The notes beneath the pieces are model-generated. The model was not told where the DNA came from, did no database searches, and was given only the letters and a program-made list of their open reading frames with translations. From assembly GCA_001775445.1 (NCBI GenBank), contig MEWV01000002.1:1-35319 (forward strand): a stretch of DNA of 35,319 nucleotides, in the 5' to 3' direction. The stretch comes from Candidatus Adlerbacteria bacterium RIFCSPHIGHO2_02_FULL_54_18 (GTDB taxonomy: Bacteria > Patescibacteriota > Minisyncoccia > Phycocordibacterales > SBAW01). The translations under genes and the position numbers were made by a program. This document shows, piece by piece, positions 1 through 9,393 of the stretch (positions are counted from its first letter, which is position 1; the number at the start of each line of letters is the position of its first letter).

Positions 1-764
1 ATTTTGAAGCCGTCGATATCTTTTACCTCAGTAGTGAGTGAAATACTGCAGAGCCGTATCGGCTCGCGTGAGAGTTGTTCTTTGACCGCATCGAAGTGCT
101 CGTGGTAAATGTGCGCATCGTTCAGTGTCAAGACACATTCATCGGCAACCGTGTCCGTCACTTGCGCCATCATGTGGAGCAGGAGCGAGTATGAGGCGAT
201 ATTAAATGGTACGCCAAGGAACATGTCGCAACTACGCTGGACCATGTGGAGCGAGAGTTTGCCGTTTGCCACGAAGAACTGAAAGAGCATGTGGCATGGC
301 GGCAGCCCCATTTGGTCTATCTCACCCGGGTTCCACGCAGTGACAATGATACGTCGGTCGGACGGACTTTTCTTTATCTTTTCTACCGCATCCTTAATCT
401 GGTCTACGATGCGGCCGTCGACAGAGCGCCACTTGCGCCACTGTACGCCGTAGATGCGGCCAAGGTCGCCGTCGAACTTTGCCTTTGGTTTCCAATAAGG
501 GGCCTCGGCATTGTCTGTCCATATCGTTCGCTCGGAGCCATTGAGCTCTTTGAGTCGGTTGTCGTCGCTGCTCCCTTCGAGGAACCAGAGCAACTCGCTC
601 TTAACCGCTTTGAACGCGAGCTTCTTTGTAGTGACTGCGGGGAAGCCCTCACTCATCTTGAAGCGCATCTGTATCGCAAACAGGGCGCGGGTGGTCGCGT
701 TACGGCCCACCCGGTCGACACCTTCGTTCATAATTTTGCGGAGTACGTCGTTGTAGATTTTCAT
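1..764 (-). CDS. thyA: thymidylate synthase ThyA, C-terminal end cut by window edge
   Basis: Absent from the ORF track because it runs off the window. My reverse-strand translation from the ATG at 764-762 reads MKIYNDVLRKIMNEGVDRVGRNATTRALFAIQMRF...LLWFLEGSS...GDLGRIYGVQWRKW...DRRIIVTAWNPGE...LPPCHMLFQFFV...LHMVQRSCDMFLGVPFNIASYSLLLHMMA. These are the classic ThyA motifs, including the catalytic Cys in PPCH. Confidence 0.93.
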   Translation of the reverse strand, partial: MKIYNDVLRKIMNEGVDRVGRNATTRALFAIQMRFKMSEGFPAVTTKKLAFKAVKSELLWFLEGSSDDNRLKELNGSERTIWTDNAEAPYWKPKAKFDGDLGRIYGVQWRKWRSVDGRIVDQIKDAVEKIKKSPSDRRIIVTAWNPGEIDQMGLPPCHMLFQFFVANGKLSLHMVQRSCDMFLGVPFNIASYSLLLHMMAQVTDTVADECVLTLNDAHIYHEHFDAVKEQLSREPIRLCSISLTTEVKDIDGFK

Positions 765-794
765 GGTCTTTTTTTCTTAACTTCTTATTTCGCA

Positions 795-1469
795 CTACTG
801 TTTCTTTATGTCGCGGTCAAGGTACAGGCGGGGGAGCATATCGATCGGCTTCCAGCGTTTTTTGAGCTGCGCCACCGAGCCGCCGCTTTGATACTTACCC
901 CCCTTGCCATAGTCGCCCGCCAGTATAGGCCCTGTTTCAAAAAATATAATCTGCGCGATGCGCCGCCCGACCACCAGTGGGATGTAATAGTGGGTCGAGT
1001 TGTTGGTTATCTCCATTGTCCATCGGTTAATGTAGCCCACATCGCCCCAGCCGGCGCACTTACACACCTCGATGAAGCTGCGCCCAAGAGAGGAGCGCGC
1101 TTTCATCATAGTGGTGATATGGCCGCGCCCGCCGATAAACTCCTGTGTGTGGCCAAGCACGGTTTCTCCCGGAGCAAGTAAAATTATTTTATCGTTCGGC
1201 GAAATGCCGTCATATTCGAATTTATATTTAGCCAGGATCTCTTTTGCCGGCTTGGCGTGCTTGGCTTTAGTACCCCACACACGCTCGATATGCTTTTTGT
1301 CGTACACATTGTACAGATTCTCAAAATGTTTAGGCGTCTGTTCGGGGAAAAACCACTCGCCGAGTGTAACATCGTAGGAGGAGGTGGCCAAGTTTGCGCG
1401 CCTAAAAGGGCTTATCACAATTGATCCCTCTTTCATTGCGTCGAGGATTTTTTTGTCGGAGAATGCCAT
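795..1469 (-). CDS. dcd: dCTP deaminase / dUTPase-superfamily protein
   Basis: ORF 795..1799 trimmed to the internal ATG at 1469 (MAFSDKKILDAMKEGSIVISPF...). It has the DCD-DUT type core (LAPGETVLGHTQEFIG, KARSSLGRSF, GWGDVGYINRWTMEITN). The longer N-terminal ORF extension is antisense to tmk. Confidence 0.85.
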   Translation of the reverse strand: MAFSDKKILDAMKEGSIVISPFRRANLATSSYDVTLGEWFFPEQTPKHFENLYNVYDKKHIERVWGTKAKHAKPAKEILAKYKFEYDGISPNDKIILLAPGETVLGHTQEFIGGRGHITTMMKARSSLGRSFIEVCKCAGWGDVGYINRWTMEITNNSTHYYIPLVVGRRIAQIIFFETGPILAGDYGKGGKYQSGGSVAQLKKRWKPIDMLPRLYLDRDIKKQ

Positions 1470-1515
1470 AGTTTTTGTCTGTGGAACTATAGCATATACT
1501 AAGCGTACATAATCT

Positions 1516-2139
1516 ATGGACAAAAACGGCGCATATATTGTAATAGAGGGGGGTGACGGAGCGGGGAAGGATACCCATATCGCCTTCCTAAAAGAAACAT
1601 TTCCTGAGGGAGATTTTGTATATACTCGCGAGCCGGGTGGTACGGCGCTTGGGGCTGAACTACGTGAAATGCTTCTCCACGGCTCAAAAGGCGATGTCTC
1701 TCTCCCAACAGAACTTTTTTTATTTTTGGCCGACAGAGCGCAGCATGTTGAAGAGGTGATAAAGCCCGCGCGCGCTGCGGGCAAGCACGTTATATCCAAC
1801 CGCTCGTGGATTTCTTTTTTGGCGTATCAAATATACGGTCGGGAGCAGTTCGACTGGAAGCCGCTTGTTGACTCCGCACTAGAAAAGATTTTTAAGGGTT
1901 GTCCGCTGACTCTCGCTATCATTCTCGACGTGCCGCTTAGTATGGGTAAGGAGCGTCAGCGTTCTATGGGAAAGATCCTCGATACAATGGAAAGTATGTC
2001 GAATGACTCGCACGAACGCATACGGCAGGCCTTCCTCACTATAGGGAAGACGCTTCCGCAAGCAAAAATTATTGACGCATCACGTACAAAAGAGGAAGTG
2101 CGGACCGATGTGTATGCCGCGGTGCGCTCTGTTTTATAA
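1516..2139 (+). CDS. tmk: thymidylate kinase
   Basis: P-loop IVIEGGDGAGKDT, YTREPGGT and the DRAQH lid region. The length of 207 aa is typical. Confidence 0.93.
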   Translation: MDKNGAYIVIEGGDGAGKDTHIAFLKETFPEGDFVYTREPGGTALGAELREMLLHGSKGDVSLPTELFLFLADRAQHVEEVIKPARAAGKHVISNRSWISFLAYQIYGREQFDWKPLVDSALEKIFKGCPLTLAIILDVPLSMGKERQRSMGKILDTMESMSNDSHERIRQAFLTIGKTLPQAKIIDASRTKEEVRTDVYAAVRSVL

Positions 2140-2143
2140 CACT

Positions 2144-3412
2144 ATGAATTTCTACGACTCTATAAAAAAACAGGACAAAGAAGTTTTTGACGCTCTTGCT
2201 GGCGAGGAGGTGCGCGAGCAGGAGGGGCTGGAGCTTATCCCTTCGGAAAATTATGTCAGCCGCGCGGTGCGCGAGGCGCAGGGCTCGGTCTTGACCAACA
2301 AATACTCCGAGGGGTACCCGGGCAAGCGCTACTACGGCGGGCAGGAATTTACCGACGCGGTAGAGACGCTCGCTATCGAGCGGGCCAAAAAACTCTTTGG
2401 CGCGGCGTTTGCCAACGTCCAGGCGCACAGCGGCTCCAACGCCAATATCGCCACCTATATGGCTTTGTTGAACCCCGGCGATACTGTACTCGGGATGGAT
2501 CTCTCCCATGGCGGGCACCTCACCCATGGACATCCGGTGACCTATATCACTAAGTTCTTTAATTTTGTGCGCTACAAGATGAAGGACCCAGACACCAGCG
2601 AAATCGACTATGAGGAGATGTTGCGCGTAGCCAAGGAGCATAAGCCAAAAATCGTGCTCGCCGGCTTTTCGGCCTACAGTCGCGAGCTCGACTATCAAAA
2701 GTTTGTCGACATTGCGCGGCAGGTCGGCGCGTACAGCGTTATTGATGTCGCGCATATCGCGGGGCTTATTGCCGGCGGAGCAGTAAAAAACCCCTTCGAC
2801 TACGGCTTCGACGTGATGACCTCGACGACGCACAAAACTCTGCGCGGTCCGCGTGGCGGGCTCATTCTCACGCGCGAGTCGGAGGATATCGCCAAGCGGA
2901 TAAACAAAGCCGTCTTTCCCGGCCTCCAAGGCGGGCCGATGATGCACGTTATCGCGGCCAAGGCGGTTGCTTTTGGAGAGGCCATGCATCCGTCTTTTAA
3001 ACTATATGCTGTGCAGATACTCAAAAATGCCAAGGCGATGGAGGAGGTCTTTCGACAGGGAGGAGTGCGGATGCTCGGCGGGGGCACGAGTAACCACCTT
3101 ATCCTCGCTGACGTTTTTGGCTCGCTCGGTATCCCGGGCAAAGAAGCCGAGGTATTGCTCGACCGCGTTGGTATCACGCTCAATAAAAATGCGATTGCCG
3201 ATGACGTGCGCGGTCCTATGGACCCTTCGGGTATACGCTTTGGTACGCCAGCTGCCACCACCCGCGGGTTTAAAGAGGGGGAGTGCAAGCGCATCGCCGA
3301 GTTGATGCTCGAAGCGCTCAAAAACAGAACCGACGAGCAGAAGCTCTCTGCAATCCGCGAGGAGATCCGCACGCTCTGCCTCAAGTTTCCTGTCCCCGAC
3401 TCGTTTGTATAA
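2144..3412 (+). CDS. glyA: serine hydroxymethyltransferase
   Basis: LELIPSENYVS, the SGSNAN motif and the PLP-lysine motif TSTTHKTLRGPRGG. ORF 2072.. trimmed to the ATG at 2144 (MNFYDSIKKQD), directly after the tmk stop. Confidence 0.95.
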   Translation: MNFYDSIKKQDKEVFDALAGEEVREQEGLELIPSENYVSRAVREAQGSVLTNKYSEGYPGKRYYGGQEFTDAVETLAIERAKKLFGAAFANVQAHSGSNANIATYMALLNPGDTVLGMDLSHGGHLTHGHPVTYITKFFNFVRYKMKDPDTSEIDYEEMLRVAKEHKPKIVLAGFSAYSRELDYQKFVDIARQVGAYSVIDVAHIAGLIAGGAVKNPFDYGFDVMTSTTHKTLRGPRGGLILTRESEDIAKRINKAVFPGLQGGPMMHVIAAKAVAFGEAMHPSFKLYAVQILKNAKAMEEVFRQGGVRMLGGGTSNHLILADVFGSLGIPGKEAEVLLDRVGITLNKNAIADDVRGPMDPSGIRFGTPAATTRGFKEGECKRIAELMLEALKNRTDEQKLSAIREEIRTLCLKFPVPDSFV

Positions 3413-3418
3413 AAAGGG

Positions 3419-3424
3419 TAGAAT
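3419..3424 (+). promoter_or_regulatory. -10 box TAGAAT 6 nt upstream of ATG 3431 (leaderless-type arrangement)
   Basis: tagaat agccct ATG, with no SD-like purine tract. Confidence 0.35.
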
Positions 3425-3430
3425 AGCCCT

Positions 3431-4513
3431 ATGAGGGCATTGTGGCACAGCATTTTTCATTTTTGGGAGCGGTACGAGCATCATATTGGTGTCGGCGCTT
3501 TGGTCGTGGGCTTCCTTTTTGACCTGTGGGTGGCCGACCGACCGGACAGCATCTTTAATAACCTGCTCCTGCTCTCCTACCTCTTTTTAGCGGGCGCGTT
3601 CATTATCATCCTCAACCTCCGCGCGCGCCGACGCCCCGATGACGCGACACCTCTGTTTTTGCTCCTTATGCTGCAGTTTTGTTTCGGTGGTCTTGCTTCA
3701 AACCTGCTTGTGCTCTACGGGCACAGCGGGACATTGACAGGAAGCGCCGTCTTTATAGGAATTCTTGTATTGATAGTGTTCGGTAACGAGTACTTTCGCA
3801 GCCGCTACTCGCTGCTGCGCTTCAACATCGGAGTGTATTACTTTTTGATGTTGAGCTATGCGCTTGTCGCGGTGCCTATTTTTATCACCCACTCGCTCGG
3901 GATACTCACCTTTTTTCTAAGCGGCATCATCAGCATCATGGCAATCTCGGGATTTTTAATACTGCTCTTTTTTGCCGTCTTTCGCGGGAGCGATACGGGC
4001 AAGCTCAAGGAGGTTTCGTTTATTATCGGAGGCATCTTCTGTGTTTTTAACCTCCTCTACTTTCTCAATGTAATCCCGCCTGTGCCGCTCTCGCTGCGCG
4101 ATATAGATGTCTATCACTCGGTGCTTAAGCGCGCCGACGGCACTTATCTTGCACTCTATGAGCCCGCGCCGTGGTATCAGTTTTGGCGCAGTAGTAGCGA
4201 GCGGTATACATCGGCGAGCGGCACGGCGGCGTGTTTCTCCGCGGTGTTTGCGCCCGCTGACCTACAGACACCTATCTACCATGTGTGGGAGTATAAAAAC
4301 GCGACGGGCGAGTGGGAGCAGCGCTCAAAAGTACCCTTTCCTATCCAAGGGGGGCGGGCGGAAGGGTATCGGGGTTTCAGCACGAAATCGGCGCTTACTC
4401 CGGGCGAGTGGCGCTGCAACGTAGAGACAGCGAGCGGCGCTTTGATAGGCCGAGTCGGCTTTGTGGCAGTGTGGGCGTCTACCACCCCGGCGCTTTCCCA
4501 AACGACTCTCTAA
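3431..4513 (+). CDS. polytopic membrane protein with soluble C-terminal domain (DUF2914-like, from memory)
   Basis: 360 aa with multiple hydrophobic helices in the first ~220 aa. The C-terminal part (YHVWEYKNATGEWEQRSKVPFPIQGGRAEGYRGFS...PGEWRCNVETASGALIGRVGF) resembles what I recall of DUF2914. Confidence 0.7.
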   Translation: MRALWHSIFHFWERYEHHIGVGALVVGFLFDLWVADRPDSIFNNLLLLSYLFLAGAFIIILNLRARRRPDDATPLFLLLMLQFCFGGLASNLLVLYGHSGTLTGSAVFIGILVLIVFGNEYFRSRYSLLRFNIGVYYFLMLSYALVAVPIFITHSLGILTFFLSGIISIMAISGFLILLFFAVFRGSDTGKLKEVSFIIGGIFCVFNLLYFLNVIPPVPLSLRDIDVYHSVLKRADGTYLALYEPAPWYQFWRSSSERYTSASGTAACFSAVFAPADLQTPIYHVWEYKNATGEWEQRSKVPFPIQGGRAEGYRGFSTKSALTPGEWRCNVETASGALIGRVGFVAVWASTTPALSQTTL

Positions 4514-4530
4514 GTGCTACGCTGAAACGC

Positions 4531-6075
4531 ATGATTCGCGAACGCATAGAAGAGCAGATACGAGCGGTCGTGGGTGACGTGCCCTTTGTAGTGGCGCGCG
4601 CGGACTCGGTTGCTCACGGTGACTACTACACCAATGCGGCACTTGTGACAAAAACAGACCCTAAAGCACTGGCAGAAAAGCTCAAGGTGGAAGGGGTTGA
4701 ACAGATAGAGGTAGCCGGAAAGTTCATCAACTTCTACCTCTCCCGCGAGGCACTGATTCCAGCCGAACAAAAAATCCCCCAGCAATACGCGGGCAAAACG
4801 ATTATGGTCGAGTATACAAGCCCCAACCTCTTTAAGCCGCTCCACATCGGCAACTTGATTGGGAATATTTTGGGCGAGTCGATTGCGCGTCTGCTCGAGA
4901 AGAGTGGCGCTGACGTCAAGCGGGTTAATTACCCTTCCGATATAGGGCTCACGGTTGCCAAGGGCGTATGGGGGCTTACGCAGACAAAAGGAGACCCCTC
5001 CGACATCGTGGCGCTGGGCGAAGCGTATAAAACTGGCCATGCGGCGTACGAAGACGGATCGGCTAAGGTACAGATTGACGAAATAAACACCGCGCTGTAC
5101 GAAAACTCAAACCCAAAATGGAGCGAGCTGCGGACGGAAGGGGTAGCAACGTCACGGAAGCATTTATCCGAGCTCTGCAAAACACTCGGCACTACGTTTG
5201 ATAAAGAATTTTTTGAGAGCGAGTCCGGATTGCTTGGGGCCGGCATCGTACGCGAGAGTATAGGAACAGTTTTTGAAGAAAGTGAGGGCGCGGTAGTGTA
5301 CCGTGGAGCGCACACGCGGGTGTTTCTCAACTCGCGCGGGCTGCCGACCTATGAGGCAAAAGAGGTCGGACTGTTTGATTTGAAAAGCAAGGCGTATCCG
5401 GACTTCGACACATCTTTGACCGTGACGGGTGGCGAGCAGAAAGACTTTTTTGCAGTGGTGTTTGATGCGATAAAGAAAATCTTTCCTGACCGGACGGCAG
5501 GTAAGAATTTGCAACATATTTCGAATGGCTTTTTAAAACTCACTAACGGAAAGATGTCCTCGCGCTTGGGCAACGTCATTACGGGAGAATCGCTGCTTGC
5601 CGACCTGACCGTAGCTGCGCGGGGAAGGGAAGACGTGGCGGTGGGTGCTATAAAGTATACGGTGCTCAAGTCGGGGAGCGGCAAGGATATTATTTTTGAT
5701 CCGGAGCGGTCACTCTCGCTGGAGGGCGACTCGGGGCCGTACCTGCAGTACGCCCTGGTGCGCGCTAGAGCATTATTGAGAAAAGCTTCTGGAGCTACGG
5801 TAACTCAATTTATTACTCCGCAGAGCAAAACTTTGGAGCGCATACTCATTCATTATCCAGAAGTAGTCGAACGCGCTGCGCGCGAGCTTGAGCCGCACCA
5901 CCTAACAACTTTTCTGACTGAGCTCGCTGCGGAATTTAATAGTTGGTATGCCGCAGAGCGCGTAATTGTTGATGGCACAATAGCTGGTTATACACTCAGC
6001 TTGGTTAAAGTTGTAGAACGCACTCTCTCCCAAGGCCTCAACCTCCTCGGCATTCCGACCCCCGAGGAGATGTAA
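4531..6075 (+). CDS. argS: arginyl-tRNA synthetase
   Basis: Class I HIGH-type motif (PLHIGNLIGN), a KMSK-like GKMSSRLGN, and a C-terminal anticodon-binding region ending ...PTPEEM. ORF 4312.. trimmed to the ATG at 4531 (MIRERIEEQI), because the upstream part overlaps the previous gene. Confidence 0.92.
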   Translation: MIRERIEEQIRAVVGDVPFVVARADSVAHGDYYTNAALVTKTDPKALAEKLKVEGVEQIEVAGKFINFYLSREALIPAEQKIPQQYAGKTIMVEYTSPNLFKPLHIGNLIGNILGESIARLLEKSGADVKRVNYPSDIGLTVAKGVWGLTQTKGDPSDIVALGEAYKTGHAAYEDGSAKVQIDEINTALYENSNPKWSELRTEGVATSRKHLSELCKTLGTTFDKEFFESESGLLGAGIVRESIGTVFEESEGAVVYRGAHTRVFLNSRGLPTYEAKEVGLFDLKSKAYPDFDTSLTVTGGEQKDFFAVVFDAIKKIFPDRTAGKNLQHISNGFLKLTNGKMSSRLGNVITGESLLADLTVAARGREDVAVGAIKYTVLKSGSGKDIIFDPERSLSLEGDSGPYLQYALVRARALLRKASGATVTQFITPQSKTLERILIHYPEVVERAARELEPHHLTTFLTELAAEFNSWYAAERVIVDGTIAGYTLSLVKVVERTLSQGLNLLGIPTPEEM

Positions 6076-6076
6076 A

Positions 6077-6085
6077 TGATAAAAT
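6077..6085 (+). promoter_or_regulatory. extended -10 TGaTAAAAT 6 nt upstream of the ileS ATG
   Basis: tgataaaat accttt ATG. Confidence 0.35.
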
Positions 6086-6091
6086 ACCTTT

Positions 6092-9000
6092 ATGTCCGAC
6101 CTGTCAAAACGAGAGGAAGAGATTCTAGATTTCTGGAATAAAGAACTCATATTTGAAAAATCGCTAGAGAAGCCCGCGCCCCGAGGCGACTATGTTTTTT
6201 ATGACGGGCCGCCGTTTGCCTCGGGTCTGCCGCACTACGGACACCTCCTGCAGAGCGCAATCAAAGACGCAATTGCGCGCTACCGCACGATGCGGGGTTA
6301 TCGCGTACGTCGGCAGTGGGGGTGGGATTGTCACGGATTGCCGGTGGAGAACCTGGTAGAAAAAGAGCTCGGCATCAAGTCGAAGCGCGACATTGAGCAG
6401 TACGGGATAGAAAAGTTCAACGAAGCGGCGCGCGTCTCTATTATGAAAGACGTGGCCGGCTGGAGGAAAATAATCCCGCGGCTGGGGCGCTGGGTCGACA
6501 TGGACGATGACTACAAGACCATGGACCCGAGCTACACCGAGTCGGTGTGGTGGGCGTTTAAGACACTTTTTAATAAAGGGCTTATTTACGAGGGTTTTAA
6601 GTCGATGTACTTGTGTCCGCGATGCGGCACGACTCTCTCCAACTTCGAGGTGGCGCAAGGGTACAAAGATATCGATGATATCGCGGTGACGGTTAAACTT
6701 CCGCTGGTTGATGAGTTGAACACCTCTTTGCTTGTGTGGACCACGACCGCGTGGACCTTACCGGGCAATGCTGCAGCGGCAGTAAAAGCAGACGCGCTAT
6801 ACGTAAAAGTAAAGGTAAGAGACGAGTTTTTTATTGTGGCGAAGGCGCGCGCGGCTGCCGTGTTTGGCGGCACTGTCGAGGTGGTGGGAGAGATAGTCGG
6901 AAAAGAACTTGCGGGCAAAAAATATCTTCCCCCGTTTTCCTATTTTACAGACGAGTTTGCCAAGAATAAAAATATATGGAGAGTGTACGCGGGGGACTTT
7001 GTGACGATGGAGGATGGCACCGGGGTGGTGCACATTGCGCCTGCGTTCGGCGCCGATGACCTGGCGCTTGCACAAAAGAACGCCGTTCCGCTTGTGAGGC
7101 ACGTGACCGATGAGGGAAAGTTTGTTCAAAAAGTTACCGATTTTGCCAGCATGTCGGTAAAGCCGAAGGGGAATCCGCGCGAGACGGACGAAAAGGTCGC
7201 CGCGCTGCTTAAAGAGCGGGGAGTGCTGTTTAAAGAAGAAAAGATAAAGCACAGCTATCCGCATTGCTGGCGCTGTGACACCCCGCTCCTCAATTGGGCG
7301 GCTACCTCTTGGTTTGTAAAGGTCTCTGCGCTTAAATCAAAACTTTTGAGTGAAAACGCTGCGGTCGGGTGGGTGCCCGAGCATGTCGGCACGGGGCGCT
7401 TCCACAACAGCATTGCAAGCGCGCCCGACTGGGCCATATCGCGCAGCCGCTACTGGGGCGCGCCGCTCCCTGTCTGGCGCAACACTAAAACAAAAGAGAC
7501 AAGGGTCGCGGGCTCGGTGCTCGATGTTCTCAGTATGGCGCGCCGCAGCGGCAACCGCTACTTTATGATGCGTCACGGCGAGGCGGCACACAATGCTACA
7601 AATACTCTCGATCCAAATGGCGATCCCGCGAATCATCTCACCGAAAAGGGGAGGGGAGAGGTGATACATACGGCGACAGAACTCCGGCGCGAGAACATAG
7701 ACCTTATTGTTTCTTCGCCATTTTTGCGTACGCGCGAGACAGCCGAACTTGTCCGTAACGAATTGGGTTTGTCGCAAGCAGTGCTTATGATAGACGAGCG
7801 ATTACATGAGTATAACGAGCAGCCAGATATGCTCGCGGTGCGCCGTCGCATGGGAGATTTTTTGTTCGATATTGAACGCCGATATGTCGGAAAAAATATT
7901 CTTGTGGTGTCCCACGGCAACCCTCTATGGGTACTGCAGCAAGTAGCGCGACACCGATCGAATACAAAGGTCTTTGTCGAAAAGAATATGCTGCGCACTG
8001 CCGAGGTGTGCGAGATTCCTTTTACTCCCTACCCGCATAATCGCGACTACGAGCTCGACCTGCACCGCCCTTATATCGACGACCTTCCGACCGGCGACTG
8101 GAAGCGCGTTCCGGAGGTATTTGACTGCTGGTTTGAGTCCGGCTCGATGCCGTTCGCGAGCGCTCATTATCCGTTTAAAAAGGACGCTTTTAATCCTAAA
8201 CGTTTCTTCGGGTGGGGGAGCAGGGGGTATCCGGCGGACTTTATCGCCGAGGCGCTGGACCAGACACGGGGATGGTTCTACTCGCTCATCGTGCTCGGAG
8301 TGGGGCTCTTCGGCCGCGCGCCGTATAAAAACGTTATAACCACCGGGCTTATACTCGCCTCCGACGGGCAAAAAATGAGCAAGCGGCTTAAAAACTATCC
8401 CGACCCAATGGATATAGTGGAGAAGTACGGCGCCGATGCCCTGCGCTACTATCTGCTTTCCTCCCCGGCAATCAAGGGCGAGGATCTACGCTTTCAGGAA
8501 AAAGGGGTAGACGATGTGAGTAAAAAACTACTGATGCGCCTCGACAATGTGCGCAGTTTTTATGACCTGTATGCCGACGGGACAAGGCGCAGTAGCGCCA
8601 GCACACACACGCTTGACCGTTGGATTGTTGGGCGACTGGGAGAGGTGGTGCAGGCGGTATTTACCGGCTTCGAGTTCTACTCTCTTGATGCCGCCTCCCG
8701 TCCGATGGCGGAGTTTATCGATGACCTTTCGGTATGGTATGTGCGGCGCTCCCGAGAGCGGTTCAAAAACGGCGGCGAGGACAAGACCGATGCGCTGGCC
8801 ACGCTCCGGTACGTGCTCTTTACCTTGGCGCAGGTGACGGCTCCAGTGATGCCGTTTTTTTCCGACGCTCTCTACCGTAGTGTCAAAGAAGAGGGCGACC
8901 CCGAGAGCGTACACCTCTCGGCGTGGCCCGAGGCGGGTATCGTCGACGGAGATCTTTTGAGGAACATGGCGGTCGTACGTACACTGGCCTCCAAAGGGTT

Positions 9001-9388
9001 GCAGTTGCGCGAACACTCTGGCATAAAAGTGCGCCAGCCCTTGGAGGCATTTGAGATCTCGACACAAGTTTCCGAAACGCTTATGCCGATTTTGCTTGAT
9101 GAAATTAATGTAAAAAAAATAATCTATACCCCCGGACTAAAAGAAGACACTCTCGATACCGCTCTTACGCCAGAGCTTAAAGAAGAGGGGACAGTGCGCG
9201 AGTGGGTTCGCGCGATACAGGAATGGCGCAAGACCTCAAAACTTTCGGTAAGCGACCGCCCCGGCCTACTCATACAAACACCTGATGCGGAGTTTATCCG
9301 CGCGCATAGAGAGGTGCTCATAGAGGCAACCGGTCTTTTGTCGCTTGAAACAAAACAATCCGAAGAAACGGTCTTTGAGCGACTATAG
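6092..9388 (+). CDS. ileS: isoleucyl-tRNA synthetase (type 2 / eukaryote-like KMSKRLKNYPDP form) with nested histidine-phosphatase domain
   Basis: PPFASGLPHYGHLL (HIGH), the CP1 editing-region motif TTTAWTLPGN, WAISRSRYWGAPLPVW, HRPYIDD, FDCWFESGSMPFA and KMSKRLKNYPDP. Confidence 0.95.
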   Translation: MSDLSKREEEILDFWNKELIFEKSLEKPAPRGDYVFYDGPPFASGLPHYGHLLQSAIKDAIARYRTMRGYRVRRQWGWDCHGLPVENLVEKELGIKSKRDIEQYGIEKFNEAARVSIMKDVAGWRKIIPRLGRWVDMDDDYKTMDPSYTESVWWAFKTLFNKGLIYEGFKSMYLCPRCGTTLSNFEVAQGYKDIDDIAVTVKLPLVDELNTSLLVWTTTAWTLPGNAAAAVKADALYVKVKVRDEFFIVAKARAAAVFGGTVEVVGEIVGKELAGKKYLPPFSYFTDEFAKNKNIWRVYAGDFVTMEDGTGVVHIAPAFGADDLALAQKNAVPLVRHVTDEGKFVQKVTDFASMSVKPKGNPRETDEKVAALLKERGVLFKEEKIKHSYPHCWRCDTPLLNWAATSWFVKVSALKSKLLSENAAVGWVPEHVGTGRFHNSIASAPDWAISRSRYWGAPLPVWRNTKTKETRVAGSVLDVLSMARRSGNRYFMMRHGEAAHNATNTLDPNGDPANHLTEKGRGEVIHTATELRRENIDLIVSSPFLRTRETAELVRNELGLSQAVLMIDERLHEYNEQPDMLAVRRRMGDFLFDIERRYVGKNILVVSHGNPLWVLQQVARHRSNTKVFVEKNMLRTAEVCEIPFTPYPHNRDYELDLHRPYIDDLPTGDWKRVPEVFDCWFESGSMPFASAHYPFKKDAFNPKRFFGWGSRGYPADFIAEALDQTRGWFYSLIVLGVGLFGRAPYKNVITTGLILASDGQKMSKRLKNYPDPMDIVEKYGADALRYYLLSSPAIKGEDLRFQEKGVDDVSKKLLMRLDNVRSFYDLYADGTRRSSASTHTLDRWIVGRLGEVVQAVFTGFEFYSLDAASRPMAEFIDDLSVWYVRRSRERFKNGGEDKTDALATLRYVLFTLAQVTAPVMPFFSDALYRSVKEEGDPESVHLSAWPEAGIVDGDLLRNMAVVRTLASKGLQLREHSGIKVRQPLEAFEISTQVSETLMPILLDEINVKKIIYTPGLKEDTLDTALTPELKEEGTVREWVRAIQEWRKTSKLSVSDRPGLLIQTPDAEFIRAHREVLIEATGLLSLETKQSEETVFERL
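7556..8022 (+). other. histidine phosphatase (phosphoglycerate-mutase-like) domain inserted inside IleRS
   Basis: In frame within ileS: RYFMMRHGEAAHN...HLTEKGRGE...IVSSPFLRTRETAE...IDERLHEYN...ILVVSHGNPLWVL. This gives the RHGE, N, R, E and HG residues of branch-1 histidine phosphatases. The domain sits between the IleRS motifs WGAPLPVW and DLHRPYIDD. Confidence 0.8.
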
Positions 9389-9393
9389 CCGCC

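Noticed and set aside
246-1181. 311-aa plus-strand ORF
   Set aside because: It is antisense to thyA and dcd, which have unmistakable family motifs, so it is a shadow ORF typical of GC-biased codon usage.
2069-2989. 306-aa minus-strand ORF
   Set aside because: It is antisense to glyA.
4312-4530. N-terminal extensions proposed by the ORF track (argS from 4312, glyA from 2072, dcd to 1799, TPR gene from 30341, transposase from 32912)
   Set aside because: The extensions overlap the preceding genes or lie antisense to them, and they lack homology-like sequence. Internal ATGs coincide with the conserved family N-termini.
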